The translations under genes were made by a program, and so were the position numbers. This document shows positions 12,340 to 28,349 of a stretch of 64,000 nucleotides of DNA, piece after piece. The first letter of the stretch is position 1, and the number at the start of each line of letters is the position of its first letter. The stretch comes from Octopus vulgaris (lineage: Eukaryota): NCBI GenBank assembly GCA_951406725.2, contig OX597829.1:45260001-45324000 (forward strand), read 5' to 3'. The notes beneath the pieces are model-generated. The model made no database searches. It worked only from the letters and a program-made list of their open reading frames with translations, and was not told where the DNA came from.

Positions 12340-12557
12340 ATTCTTTTTTGGAGAAAATAGTTCCAGCAGTACATTTCATATAGCGATAAAGAATAGCATG
12401 TAAATTGCGGGACTGAAAACCCCTTTCTGAATAGAAAATGTCAAAGGCAGCCTTCAACATTTTCTATCCAAAACGGTTTTTCAACCCATTATTTACACAT
12501 TATTCTTTACAGGTGTATGTGATGTACTTCCAGAACTACTATTCTAAAAATGAATTT
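12340..12557. repeat. diverged palindrome centred at ~12449
   Basis: atagaaaatgtcaaaggc-a-gccttcaacattttctat at the centre, with imperfect symmetry extending ~105 bp each side. Confidence 0.75.
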
Positions 12558-12619
<62 letters not shown>

Positions 12620-14134
12620 GTCTCAGTGGTGCAATGACTAGTTCTCAGTTTCGAATCCTCATCTCACGAATCACAGATCTATTTTACTTTCAAACCCTTA
12701 AGAAAGACACGAATGATGATGCAACGTGTCATCTTATTTCGCTCTTCGAAAATTCAATCTGTTGGCATGAATGTCACATCTTCCAATTTCTGGTCCCACC
12801 CAGCGCCACTACTACTAGTCACTTACTAAATGGGGGAGGGGGAAGAAACAAGCAAAAAATTAATTTGTCATGCCGATAACAGAAATCATGTTATTTGAGT
12901 TCACAAAGGAGTGTGTCTTGACATTCTAGAAGTAGCAGTCAGATCTCTCCCGAATCTAACCTTGAAATTTTTAATTTAAAAAAATGGAAAGAAGGGTATA
13001 TTTTACAATGTAATTTCTGACATACAAAAAAAAAATTTAATAAACAGAAAAACAAAAAAAGAAAGGAGCAAAATTATCCTGGCTGGAACACATCTATTTG
13101 GCCAGTGCTGACCAGGGGCTAAATAACAGCAACAATGTTATTTATGCCTCTTTACCTTATTTAGAATGATTTCAGTTTACATATGTGATTCCAGCCAGTC
13201 AGAGAGCCTCTGCTACGAAGACCAGCTAGAAATAGTATGGGTTTGCTCAATCAGGATGAACCAAATGCGAAAACAACAACAACAGTTTATGTTACTAATG
13301 CTCCCTCATCTCCATACACCAACCTCTTTCGTTTTCTCTATAAATCTGAGAAATCAATCATGGTCATTAAAAAAACAAAATGGGAGAAAGAAAAAATTTT
13401 TTTAAAAAAGTCCTTATTATTGTTATGTGTGTCAGCAAATATTGACAGAAAGGAAATCTAAAACTCAGTTTAATTTCATAGTCATAATCCCTTCTTGCAT
13501 TATTTATATTATCAATGCCTCTGAGAAAGGCATGAATGCTACATCTTACAAGAACCAAATTTCAAATTCACTCTCTCTTATAGATTTACGAGTGAGGCTT
13601 TGTACCAATCTAAGAACTTGCATATGCGTTTAAATTAATTTTAATGTCAATTGCAGAAAAAAGAAAATTGGAGAGGAAAGAACGAAAAGAATTTTAATAC
13701 GTCAAGTACCAGTAATATCCTGGATATTTCGATTTTATCAGTTATTCACTTTCACTGTAGGATTGTTGGGGGCCTTGTGCCAATGTAAAATTGTAAAAAA
13801 AAAAAAAAAAAAAAAAATGAAAAGAAAAAAATTTAATGTTTTAACATCTTGGCAAATACCATTTGAGAGATGAAGCAAGCTCCATGGAAATCATTGAAGT
13901 GTAGGTCTGAGAGCTGCTTCCAATTCTTAGTTAAAAACAAAAAGAAAGAAAAAAAAAAGCAGTCATATCATGTAAACTCATTACTGTAACTAATTATAAT
14001 TAAAACACATTACTATAACTAATGATTTTGTGGCCTTGAGCCTGAGTCCAATATCAGTCTATTGTAAAATTATATAAGTGTATATATATACATACATTAT
14101 ATACAAACAAAGTGCATTTAAACATTTTTCTTTT

Positions 14135-14193
14135 TGTTTTTGTTGTTGTTCTTGTTATTGTTATTAATATCATTATTGTTATTGTAATTATTA

Positions 14194-14247
<54 letters not shown>

Positions 14248-14267
14248 GTATTATTATTAATATTATT

Positions 14268-14310
<43 letters not shown>

Positions 14311-14340
14311 TTATTATAATTATTATTATTATTATTATTA
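14135..14340. repeat. (TTG)n/(TTA)n microsatellite
   Basis: Direct inspection. Confidence 0.9.
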
Positions 14341-14594
14341 CTTTTCCTTCTTTTTCTTTTCTTAATTTCGAAAGAAACTATATAAATTAGACAGCAAATT
14401 ACTTGTTATGGGTAAATGACCACTTGAGTTTCTGGAGATGAGAAGTTGGTCTTTATCGGCAGCCATCAATTCTGTAGCATGTACGTGTGGGTTTTTTTGA
14501 GAGAGAGAGAGTATGTATGTATATATATGAGTATGTATGTTTGTATGTATATATGTAAAGGTATATACTGTATATGTATGTACATATACATATG

Positions 14595-14642
<48 letters not shown>

Positions 14643-14682
14643 AATATGTATATCTGTTTATGTGTATGTATATCTGTATGTA

Positions 14683-14715
<33 letters not shown>

Positions 14716-14776
14716 CTATTTCCACCTCTTTTATATATAAAAATTTTATTTGTATAGATCTCTAATCTTTTTTCAA

Positions 14777-14823
<47 letters not shown>

Positions 14824-15361
14824 TATGCATATAGATATATTTACACACATATGTATGTATATATATATATACACATATAGATATATAAACGTGTGTGTAT
14901 GTGATATATGTGTGTATGTATATATATATATATCAAGTATTCTTATTTTCTTTATGACAGCACCTACAGTTATTTTCTCTGTGTCTATGAGTGTGTGCGT
15001 GTGTGTGTGTTTGCATGCTCATCTGGTTAATTCAACATGAATTATTCATACATTTTTATGAGTGAGTAATTGCAAATGTATGCGTGTCTATTTTATATGT
15101 GTGAGTACGTGTACATATGTGCATATGTATGTATTGTGTGTGTATGTTTGTATGTATGTATGTATATACAATGCTAGAGGTATGCTGTTACTACAAAAAA
15201 AAATTATAAACTATTTGGTTTTCTTTGTAGCAACAGCCCAATACTTTGCTACTGAAATATTTAATGATTTGTTAATTAAATATTTAATCAATTCATTTGG
15301 TGTGAGCAATGATATCACAAAGAATTATACAAAATTCAAGAAAAGAATGTATTGTTTGATT

Positions 15362-15445
<84 letters not shown>

Positions 15446-15491
15446 CACATATATACATGCACACATATATATGCACATATATATGTATATG

Positions 15492-15536
<45 letters not shown>

Positions 15537-15667
15537 TATATATATGTGTGACACTGAAAAATGCATTGAAGTTTGTTCTTTTTTTGTTTGTATTTATACC
15601 TTTTATTTTATGAATATTTGTTAACTAACAACAATAGTAATAACATTAATGATAATAATAATAACAG

Positions 15668-15899
15668 AAAGTGTGGGTAAAATATATCCCAGTAGTTATA
15701 GTTGCACTGGGAACTATCCCTAAAGATCTGAACATATAGATAGAGGAAATAGGCATAAAACCCAGTTTAGTACAGCTGCAGAAAACAGTGTAATTAGGGA
15801 CAGCTAGGATACTTAGGAGGGTTTTTGGCATCTAAGGTTACTTGTTGTAGCCCAATGTTAGAATTCTTTTCTTTTCCAACAGTTGAATTTGTTGAGTGC

Positions 15900-15900
<1 letters not shown>
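15668..15900 (+). mobile_element. R4/Dong-like 3' fragment inserted in (TAA)n
   Basis: VKYIPVVIVALGTIPKDL...LVQLQKTV*LGTARILRRVFGI; flanked on both sides by (taa)n. Confidence 0.7.
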
Positions 15901-15939
<39 letters not shown>

Positions 15940-16399
15940 TAATAAAGTCTGAAATTTTGCTCAACTGTTTCTTATTTTATTGATCCTGAAAGAATAAAAG
16001 GCAAAAGTCAACCCCACCAGTTCTTGAACTCAAATTCTAAAGTCAGAAGAAATGCTGCTAAGTGTATTGTCTGGCATGATAATGATTCTGCCACTTTAAC
16101 ACAACAACAACAATAATAATAATAATAATGATAATTAATAATGATAATTAATGCAGTAATAATTACTAATGGTTTCTAGTTTATGCACATCGCCAGCAGT
16201 TTTGAAGGTAGCTGATTAAAGTTACCCCAGTACCCCAGTATTGGTAATTTCTTGGTCCCCAAAGGATGAATGACAAAATTTTACATCATTGGAATTTCAA
16301 CTCTGAGCTGGAACAAATATTACAAATTTTTTTTCTTTCCTTCTTTTTCTTTTCTTTTTTTTTTTTTTTTTTTTCAAACATACTTACAATTTTGGCAGT

Positions 16400-17814
16400 T
16401 CAAAATATAAAGTCATGAAAACAGAGATACCCAGACTGCAGGTTCTGAAAGTAAAAGCTATCCCTATAATGACAGGTGCCTTAGGAATGATAAAAAAATA
16501 AACATGCATACTAATACTCAGGACTTACAAATATGCATAACTAATACTCAGGACTTACAAATATGCAAAATATGCACAGAGTAATCCTATTAGGTACTAC
16601 ATGCATATATTATGTAGAGAATAGTTAATACAGAAATGAACAAATAAATAAATAAACACAAAACACAGAACATATGCAAGGCATACAAAGCTGTGCTCAG
16701 GGGTATCATGAAAAAAGGAAAAAATAAAAGAACACACAAGAAAAATAAGATAATTGGAATTATTTCTTGCAAAGACATAAAGCCACAATTTTTAGGAGAT
16801 AGAATCAATCAATTAAAAACAATAACAATGAAGATGATTACAAAAACAAACATGTTATCAGAGAAGAAAGGATGCCAAAAAGAGACAGATGTAAGGAGCA
16901 GCTATCGTTTATAGAAGACAAAAAGAGGCAAAAAAATATAATGCTTAACGTAGGCTTAGATTGATTACCAAAGTCATTCCAAATTATTGGGTACTGGAGA
17001 AAGTTCAAATGAATAAAGTAACTTCAACACTAGGTAAGTAAGATCAGCCATGTTATAACAAAATGGAAAATAGACAAACCATCAAAGCACTTCAAGGCAA
17101 AAAGATGGTAAATAAAGCCAGCTCTATATCTTTAAAAATTGGAATCTCCTAGGAAGACATAATACACAGTATCCACCACCATTGCTACTGTTTTGCCAAG
17201 CTTTGACTTTGTTAGTAAAACTGTTTAAGGAAACCATTGTTAGTTATTGATTCTGCAGACAAACAATGAGCCATCTTGCCAATGTGGATGGCTTAAAAAG
17301 TGATAAAAATAGTTTGAATATTCGGTAAAGATATGATAATGTGTATGGAATTAGATTTGTTTGCTAAAGTTGTAAGAAGAGGGAAATTACCTAAAACTGA
17401 GAGTACTAAATTAAGACATGAACACTAATATCAGAGAAATAGAGCAGAATCATCCAAACAAATTATTAAGTGATTTGTATGGAAACTGATAAACTAGAGT
17501 ACACAGAAGTATGGAAACTGATAAACTAGAATACACAGAAGTAAAGGAAAAGAAATTGAGAGGCATATTCTTTTCTACTCTAGGCACAAATCCCAAAATT
17601 TTTGGGGAGGAGGCCAGTCAATTAGATTGACCCCAGTATGCAACTGGTACTTAATTTATCGACCCCAAAAGGAAGAAAGGTAAAGTCAACCATGGCAGAA
17701 TTTAAACTCAGAACATAAAGATAAACAAAATTGAGAAGCATATTAACAAAAAAAGTAGGCTAAGATCAAAGGTGGGATCCAATGATAGAAATATCATCAT
17801 ATCTTGATTTCACA

Positions 17815-17869
<55 letters not shown>

Positions 17870-18730
17870 TCCTCTCTTTCTCTCTCCCTCTCCATATGGG
17901 GAAGCCAGGTATTAACCTTTAGCATAACACCTGCTTCTACCCCTATCTGTCATACTTGCATATTCCTCAATATTATACCCTACTTAGTTGAGAGGTCCTG
18001 TCTTGCAGATACTTGGTGCTGGTCCCATGAAAGAAAAGAAGTTTCTCCAATACATTCTGTTAAATGGTTGGTGTTAGCAAGGGAATCCAGCAGTAGAAGC
18101 CATGCTAAACCTGGCTCATCAGTTTGTCAAACCAACCAACCCATGTCAGCATGGAAGAAAGGACATCAAATAATGATGACAATGATGTATGTATGTAGAA
18201 AGCTGAACAGGTGTGGGTTTGTAATTAAGAAGCTTCCTTGCTTCCCAAGCAAATGGTTTTGAGTTCGGTGCCATTGTACAGCATCTTGGGGAAATGTCTT
18301 CTACTGCAGCCTCAGGCTGAACAAAGTTTTGTTAGTGGATTTTGTAGAGAGAAACTGAAAGAAGCCCGTCATACATACATATATTAGTTTAAACTGGAAA
18401 GAAGAAAAGGGCTTAGATAACAAAAAAAAAACTTAAGAATGTTTAAAAATACAAAATGTAATTCCAAAATATTCCAAAGCATAAACTGAGATAAAAAACC
18501 ATTCCATAGCCAATATTTTTGAAGACTCTACATAGAGGAATTAAGCCAAAGGGAAAACTAATAACTCAGAAAAGTTCTTGTCTAAAAGCAGAAAGAGAAG
18601 GTTTGATGTTTGCTGCACAAGACGACTGCCTAGCCACAGATAATTGTAAAACTAAAATAGCAAAAATTTATACAAACGTCAAGTGCAGACTATGCAGCCA
18701 ATATAATGAAACAATTGACCACATCAACTT
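16400..18730 (+). mobile_element. heavily decayed R4/Dong-like LINE(s) interrupted by SINEs
   Basis: RT remnant HLANVDGLK (~17272) and LKAEREGLMFAAQDDCLAT...KCRLCSQYNETIDHI (18581-18726), the AAQDQ/CxxC...H motif of this clade. Confidence 0.65.
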
Positions 18731-19205
18731 TGACTGACCAGTGCTTACTAATCTCATGTATGTTTCCAGTCATGACTATATCAATCCCTGTGTCCAGTTT
18801 GCAATATTCCACCTGTGTAGGATCAGAGTACTGCATGATTCTGACCAGCTTCTGCTCTGAGTACTACAATATGACACTTCTGAATATACCCTTAGACACC
18901 TTTTGTGTTAGCTACATCCTTTTGACTGTTAACCCTTTCGCTACTGTAATCGATTTAGTCCCTTTACCGAAATTGCTGGCCTTGTACCAAAATTTGAAAC
19001 TGTTATTATTATATTTATTATTATCTTTATTGTTGTTGTTGTTGTTGTATTACCATCATCATCATTAATTTACATCCATTTCTCCATATTTCCCTGAACT
19101 GGATGGGTTGTTCCTAGCACAGTGTTTCATACTTGCTACAGTCCTTCACCATTCCTTTTGCAGTATTTGGTATTCTGAGATTGGATTTCACCACTTTTCA
19201 TCACA

Positions 19206-19317
<112 letters not shown>

Positions 19318-20534
19318 GTCTGTCTATCTCTTTCTTATGTGTGTTTGCTTTCCCAATCAGTCAACATATGAACACACACACACACACACACATATATACT
19401 TAAAAATTACAATGAATCAGTAGAAATTACATAAACCTTTTAATGTTTAGTATAAATTAAGACAGCAAATGAACCCCCACATGATGCTGTCATTCAACCT
19501 GCTAGAAATAATGACCAAATCCCTCTCAAATCTTGAAAAGGGAAAGACATACTGAGTACAGCAATTTTGAAAGATCTAAGCTGTTAACTTCATTTAAACA
19601 TTTATTATTTGGTGGCAATGAAAATTTCAATGGAATCATGTCAGTGACCTCAAATGATATATGTTTAAGTGAAGTTTACAGTTTTTATGTGCTTTTGAAG
19701 GGCTAATTTGTGTTTTCTGTGAAGGTTTGTGACTTAGTAGTTTGGGTATTGCCTTCACAAATGCTAGATCATGGGTTCAATTTTTGGACTGAACGGCATG
19801 GCACATATGTGTCTTTGAACAAATCACTTAATTCCACGCTGCTCCAGTTCACTCAGCCATAAATGCATAAGTCTGTGATTGAATAGCCATCAACCAAGGA
19901 GAAATGCATTGTGATCAGTGATGTATAACAACATCTAATAGTCTGGTTGACAACGTGATACCAGGAATATCTGTCTTCTGTGTTGCAATTGTTTTTGCTT
20001 CAACAGTCACAGATAAAACCATTTACCTGAGAAGTACACCTTCAAAGTCTCATACAGATTATTATATTATAATCTAGAATAAAATTATTTGTCTAAATGA
20101 TATTACCTCATTTAGCTTCTGTCCTCTACTTTATGAGTTCTAGTCTCACCTGGCCTGATTTCTCTTTAATTCCTTTGATGTTGCAAAAATCAATACTAAT
20201 CAAATGCTAGGACTGATGCAGTCATCAATACGCCCTCTGTTACAAATAGGTAATATATTTTATTCCTACCGATATAAGAAATGAATGAGCTAAAATGTCA
20301 AATATCATTGTGATACTACAGTTATCAGACTCTCTTGTATTGTCTGCTTTTCTGTGCTAATTTTGTAACATTGGTTTAATAAAAATAGTTACCAAATTCT
20401 TTAGAACTTCTTGATGTATTCATATTTTGTTATGATTGAGGCAATAAGGGGAATGGTTTCTTTGCTCTATTTGTGCTATTTTTTCTTATGATCTTCTTTA
20501 GGTATTTGATTATAATTAGACACTTAAATAAAAG

Positions 20535-21000
20535 ATCCCCTTTGGTCATGAATGACCATGGGATTGCACCTAGAAAGTTCCCCTCCGAGGCACAAGTTTG
20601 GGCAAAGTTATTTATGGAAGACCTGCAGTCACCTATGCATATCAGCTTCCTATTTCCACGCCATTATATGTACATAGTGTAAAGGGTAAAGACCCCCTTT
20701 GGTCATGAATGACCATGGGATTGCACCTAGAAAGTTTCCCTCTAAGGCTCAAGTCCAGACAAGGTTGTCTATAGAAGGCCAGCAGTCACCCATACATACC
20801 AATCTCCCCTCTCCACACCATTGGTGATATCCAAGGGAAAGGCAAAGGGGCCGATACAGCTTGGCACCTGTGACATCACAACTCATTTCTACAGCTGAGT
20901 GAACTGGAGCAACGTGAAATAAAGTGTCTTGTTCAAGGACACAACATGCAGCCTGGTCCAGGAATCAAACTCACTACCTCTAACCACTGAGCCATGCACC
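20535..21000 (-). mobile_element. SINE family E with duplicated 3' tail
   Basis: Head on - gtgcatggctcagtggttaga; tail cccctttggtcatgaatgaccatgggattgcacctagaaag occurs at both 20537 and 20694. Confidence 0.8.
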
Positions 21001-23236
21001 TTTACACTGCTACCAACACTTAAATTTTCACATTCTAGTCCATGCTCTACAGACATCTCTCTCTCTCTTTGTCTGTCTCTCTACCATGTGAATGGCTTCT
21101 GTTATTTGAAACTGATAGGCCCCATATCTCTACTCAAGCTCTCCCAATTCACTCATCCCTCCTCCTTTTATCACTCATGTTATCGTTCACATGAGACAGT
21201 GCATGACCATTGTAGTGACACCATCAGCTTACAAGTATTCAAAAGGTTCTTTAACCATGTTTATTTAACTGACCTCAGAGAGCCTACAATGGTTATGGTT
21301 ATTGCCCCCTTTCTCTAGGTCTACTAGCAAAAAAAATAAAGTCTCCACTTTCAAAAAGTAAAATTTGAAAGAGAATGGTATAATTTTTACCAGTCTGTTT
21401 TCACATTTTTCAAACATGATAAATTACCACTGACTATCTCTGCAATCCATCTATTTGATTATTTTCCCCAGTTTTTCTTTCTCTTTCATAAATTTTCCTA
21501 ATTAATCCTCCCCATCTCAGTATTTGCCAAACATTTTGAAACTCAGACATTTTTATGCATTTATCATATTTCCTTAACAAACAAATTTTATAAACCTACA
21601 ACAGAAGGCCTTTTTTATACACATAGTGATTTTCCTTTCCATTGCAGAAGTGATCTTGCATATTTCACCTCAAGAAAATACAGTCAGTTGTTAACTTCGG
21701 AGCAATATTTTCCAAATACTATTCTTAATATTTTTATTTTCCACAAAAACATCAATTTTCCCCTGTTTTCCTGTTTTATAAACATATGAATTTGTTTCCT
21801 TTCAAACTCATTACATCAAAACTATATTATAACCCCAATTTTGTTGATCTGTGAATGGTTTACAGCTTTGTTCTGAAGAAAAAGCCCTATACATTGGTCT
21901 ATTAGACACGAATATTCATCTATGATACATTTTAACAATATTCTATATTAATTTAGAGAGTTACATTTCTGGTTTGTTGTATCTTCACAATAGTATTCAA
22001 TAACCTGCTGCAATTCTCTTTTATTTCTTATATATTATGTGTATGATATTCAAAAAAGAAAACATAGGCTCTCCTTCTTTCACAACCATAAGCAAATATG
22101 CAGGAACCTTTTTAATGCATGCAGACATGGAAAAACAGGTTTAATAATTTTTAAAGAAAGTTGCAACTATAATATTAATGTGTATGTGTGTGAGAGTGCA
22201 TGTGCGAATGAGTGTGTACATGTGAAATGCACATGCATATGTGTACAAGTATAGCCATGCCTTTCTGGGTACATGGCTGAGTGGTTAAGAAGTTCACTTT
22301 TCAATTATCAGATCTAAGTTCAATCCCACCAAGTATATCTTGTGCAAGTGATAGTCTCATGTTGACCCTTGCCTTACAAATGAAAGTGTGTTGATAGAAA
22401 CCCTGTGGAATCCTACAGAAGAACAACATATGTCAATTCAAAGTGGCAGCTTCGTTACATATTGTGTCATGTTGACTCTAATGATTAAGAATTGCATTAA
22501 GGTTACACATGTTTGTGAGATATTCAACCACTTACATACTGAGACGATTAGGAGGTAAAGTTATCGTGTTAACTGTACAAGCCAATATAAATGCTAGAAT
22601 TCAAATAGATTAGTAATGCTTTATGTTTACAAGAATAAATACAGGAGAAAAGTCAAGACAGCATCTGCCATTCTGGTTCTGTCACTGAAGAGGAGATAAT
22701 TACTCTGAAATACATACATCTAACAGTTTGATTCAGGAATGCTATGAGCTGACTTGGTATATTTACCCTTATTTGTCTACGAGAAATTTTCTCCATGACA
22801 AAATACAGAAATGGCTTTCATACAGGTTCAAATATATCTTCTGCATATTTGAACTGGAAACTATGTTTGTATAAAATACATAATATTCTTAGCTGCCATG
22901 AGAAATTATGGAAAATTTTGAGCATTATTGTAAAGTAATCTTTGATGTTCTATCAGCTTCTTTCTATGGCTCTTTGTGTTTCTTTTATGCAGTGTTTCGT
23001 TCATGTTTATTTATTTTTTATCACGACTGTAGTTTAGCAATTTCAAATTCACTCTGAGCTAACAAACAAAAGTAATTACCAATATGAAACAGAAACCAAT
23101 TATTTTTGTATCATTAATAAATTATAATCATTAGTGACTTTTTTTTAATGTCCAAAATAACCAGACTTTGTAAAGCTTATGATGATAACATCTTCAAATC
23201 TGGCTCTCTACTAACCTGCTAAAGACTGTATATAGT

Positions 23237-23274
<38 letters not shown>

Positions 23275-23766
23275 TGTGTGCATGTGTGTGTGTGTATCCA
23301 CTTGTTTTAAAATGACCATATTTAAACTCAGCAGTTTCCCTTGTAGTTTTATGTAAGAATCTTCTGTTATATTCGAAACACCAGATCATTAATAACAAAG
23401 TTGTTATTTTACTAAATTCTCCTGAGTTCTTCCTTATTTCTGTGAACAACAGAAACACATACAGACTGTATTTCATTATAATAGGGTCACAAAAGGTTTA
23501 TTGTATTGGACTTCTGTTTGTTCAGACAAGCTTGCCAACAGTAATCACCAAACTAAGCACCAACAAAAGCCAAGTATACTTCTTTTTCTTCTTCTACCAA
23601 AAGCCCATGAATGTCAAGCAATGGCTAAAGTTTTATGTACTACAAAATAGCATCACAAATTGTTTTAATACCCATCTTATCTTTCTCATCATTGATGGTG
23701 TCTTTGCTGTGATCCTTGGGTAAAATAAAAAAAAAATGTTTGGACCCTTGCCAAAGTTTGAAAGGA

Positions 23767-23841
23767 TTCTTCTTCTTCTTCTTCTTCTTCTTCTTCTTCT
23801 TCTTCTTCTTCTTCTTCTTCTTCTTCTTCTTCTTCTTCTTC
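23767..23841. repeat. (TTC)n microsatellite
   Basis: Direct inspection. Confidence 0.95.
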
Positions 23842-24800
23842 CCCCCATCATCATTATCCTCACCATTAATATCTTATTATCATTATCTTTGTCATCATAA
23901 ACATCATTATTTTCCTGCAGTCACATCTTTGATGAAGGTAGAATTCTGAGTCAAAAGAATACCAAGGTTCTGTGCTTAACATCTAAAATATTATCAGACA
24001 TCCACAGCATCAACAAGTGATGACGTTCTCGAGGAGATTCTAGGTGTCAAACAAGAATGAGCTGAATAGTATATTCCAGATAACTTCCAGACTAAGGAAC
24101 TTGGATAACTTCCGAAAATCCCTGGCTTAACAGGATAAACACTACAGGCATGACAGCACCATCAACAAGGTCTGTCTGTGGTGTTTGCAGGAAGACAAAG
24201 CCATTATAACATACTTTCATTGTTCGAGTATTACCAACTTGCAGTGTTATGTCAAACAACTGTTGTAAAGTATAGGGTGGATCTGTCAGACATTTCTATT
24301 TTGAGAATCCTTTTGGCACATTTGGCTGGGAAGAAAGCCAGTTTTCTTCTGCCTGGTGGCCATAGTGAAATAGATTGTATGGTAGACAACATTGAAAGGA
24401 TTGAAAACAGATATTTTTTTCCCCTTCTTTAGCCAAATCCTTATTGATTTCTTCAAGTTCTATTGGGAGAGAAAGATGAAGGTAAAGATGGATTTACTCC
24501 CTTCCAATAAATTTACTGAGCAGTTAGTGACATTGGTACATATAGATCAGCATATTCCTGAATGCTGAAGAATGTAGTCAAGAATAGATACTTATTCTTC
24601 GTAGTCAAAGTAGACGTTCCTTGGGTAATTCTGGGTAGTTGTAGGGTTTTGTCAATGTCATTCAGCCCAGCACCCTACAAACACTGCATTTCATCAACTC
24701 TTAGATTCTTGAAGGTATTTCCAAATTATTTTCCCCTTTTCTTATCTTTTTACAGAGATTTGCAATAATGATGATGATAATGATAATAATAATAATAATA

Positions 24801-24860
<60 letters not shown>

Positions 24861-24979
24861 ATTTCTATGTGTTGCATTTTTTTGTCCCATACTAAATGAT
24901 ATAAAAGGGAATTTAATGTTTATGTTAATAAGCGACTAATAGAATTTTTAATTCGATATTTTCTCTTTCTCTCTTTTCT

Positions 24980-25380
24980 GTTTTACTTGTTTCAGTCATT
25001 TGACTGTGGCCATGCTGGAGCACCACTTTTTGTCAAGCAAATCGACCCCGGGACTTATTCTTTGGAAGCCTAGTACTTATTCTATCGGTTTCTTTTGCTG
25101 AACTGCTAAGTTACGAGGACGTAAACACACCAGCATCAGTTGTCAAGAGATTGTTGGGGACAGAGACAGACACACAAACATATACACACACACATACATA
25201 TTTATATATACATATATACGACAGGCTTCTTTCAGTTTCCATCTACCAAATCCACTCACAAGGCTTTGGTCAGTCAGAGGCTATAGTAGAAGACACTTGC
25301 CCAAGGTGCCACACAGTGGGAATGAACCCGGAACCATGTGGTTGTTAAGCAAGCTACTTACCACACAGCCACTCTTGCAC
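24980..25380 (-). mobile_element. SINE family A, full length
   Basis: Reverse complement of the family A consensus. Confidence 0.85.
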
Positions 25381-25664
25381 CATAAAATATGCTAACATTT
25401 TCTTCATTTTTTAATTTTATTTTGCATTTTTTTTTGCTTTGTTTTCAGTTTGATATTATTGACTCTTATTTGCTCAATGAATACATACAAACATATGTAT
25501 ATATGTGTGTGCGTGTATATATATATATATATATATATACATGTTTGTGTGTGTGTGTATTTATATATATATATATATATGTGTGTATGTATATATATAC
25601 ACACACATAAATATATGTGATCACTGTAATATAGGAAAATTGGATGAAGTGGAAAAATATAATG

Positions 25665-26164
25665 TTTAACCCTTTTGCTACCAAAGCATAAGACCAAATT
25701 TTTATCATGGAATATCACTCATTGAAAATATTTGCATCTAAGTTAATACCTTCCATTGTAATTTTATGTAAAAAATTTTATTAAATGATGTCTTGAATGC
25801 CAGTTTAACCTTTTAGCATTCAGATTCCTCTGTCAAATGTAATTCTTATTTATTCACATTGTTTGGAATTAACCCTGCATTATCTCAGAGTTTTGAGATT
25901 ACAATCACGTGATTGTTTATTTTTAGTAGGACATTGTAGATGAGATGTGATGGGGGTCTGATATCTAACTGGTTTCGACATAGAACAGGTAGAATAGTTG
26001 GGCCCCTTATGGCTGATTGAAATGCTAAAGGTTTGAAATAGTAAAAAAAAAAAAAAAACGTTAGCTATTTAATCAAATCTCAACAAATTCTTGATAAATT
26101 ACAAAATCATTTGAAACACCACTAGTAATATTTCATTATATATATATTGTAGCAAAAGGGTTAA
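25665..26164. mobile_element. TTAA MITE with a second TTAA MITE (25805-26033) nested inside
   Basis: Outer ttaa-cccttttgcta...tagcaaaaggg-ttaa; inner ttaa-ccttttagcattc...aatgctaaagg. Confidence 0.7.
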
Positions 26165-26899
26165 ATTAAAACTTCATATTCAATTTGAAATTTTGAAATC
26201 CAATCTGAATTTTAAAAAAATTTGAAATTCAAATTTTGTCAAAATAACTCATTTTTTTTATTTTATTGAAATCAATTTATATAAATTTATTCTCTTTAAA
26301 TTTTGTTAATAGAATTATCTAGATTTTGTTAATTTAAAACATTAAAAGAAAAAAATTACAGATGAAAATATTTTGAATCAAAATTGTCATCTTTGATTAT
26401 TTTAAACATTTTTTGATGAATGGTAAAACTGATAATTTCATTTTTGAAATATATTGCTTATGAATTTTAGAAATCACAATTTCACTGCTCACTGATTTTT
26501 AATAATGTTGGTTTTTTGGGGTTTCTTTTTATAATAGTCATGCAAATTATAATTTGACTGTTAGATAAAATAATTATCATCATTATTATTAGTATTATTA
26601 AATTGCTTATAAAATTTTGATTTTTCTAAAAAAAATTTTTGAAATGTAGAATGAAATAAATAGATTTTCTTTACTACTCATTATTATAATTACACTGTAA
26701 AATAGAATTTTAAATGAATTAAATCACAAATTGTACAATAAAAAAACATTCATATGAAAAATGAATATGATGCAAATTTTATATACTAATGCATATAAAT
26801 ATATATATATATATATATATATGTGTGTATATAATATCCAAACTATAGACCATGCTAGCATGGATGAGGTGAATGTAAATGTAATGATGCTCATGAAAG

Positions 26900-27665
<766 letters not shown>

Positions 27666-27968
27666 GCATGCATATATGGATGGATACGTGTGTGCAGATA
27701 GATAGACAGCTAGATAAATAGACACATTCCACTCATACACATACATATATGTATGTGTGTGTGTGTGTGAAGTTATATAACATAAAAGGTTGAGATGTGT
27801 CATTTTTTTCTATTTTTCTTGCTGGTTTTCCTCTTTTTGTCATATTGTAGGAATGTGAAAGTAGTAGCCAAGTTGTGAGAGAAGGAAGAGAAATAAAGTA
27901 TTATAAAAGGATGTGGCTTAGATAGATATATATAGATGAGAAATTGACAGACACCAGAGAGATGCAGT

Positions 27969-28012
<44 letters not shown>

Positions 28013-28175
28013 CCAACCACTAAGTGAAACAGACAGTGAAATATACAGGGATAGAAGAAAGAATGTGAGGAAAAGTGATTAAGAGAAAAGAAGTTAGACA
28101 AATGAATTTAAAACTCTACAATAGGGAGGGAGAATGTGATACCGTAACAGAGGCATAGAGAGTAAATAAACGAGA

Positions 28176-28229
<54 letters not shown>

Positions 28230-28349
28230 AAGAAAGAGATAAATTTGTGTATGATTTTGAAGTAGGTAACAAAGAGATGAATAGGAGTCAAAATGCGATT
28301 GAACAAAACTTGAAGTGTATCACTAAGCTGACCAAGACTGCAGATTTAC

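Noticed and set aside
13795-13817. Poly-A tract as the end of a retrocopy
   Set aside because: No TSD, polyadenylation signal or recognisable upstream ORF.
23633-23949. Poly-R / poly-F ORFs and a possible minus-strand exon at ~23714
   Set aside because: Driven by (TTC)n; all frames after the acceptor close within about 26 codons and show no homology.
23950-24770. Higher-complexity stretch, possibly coding
   Set aside because: Only short ORFs with no motif I can identify; probably old LINE debris.
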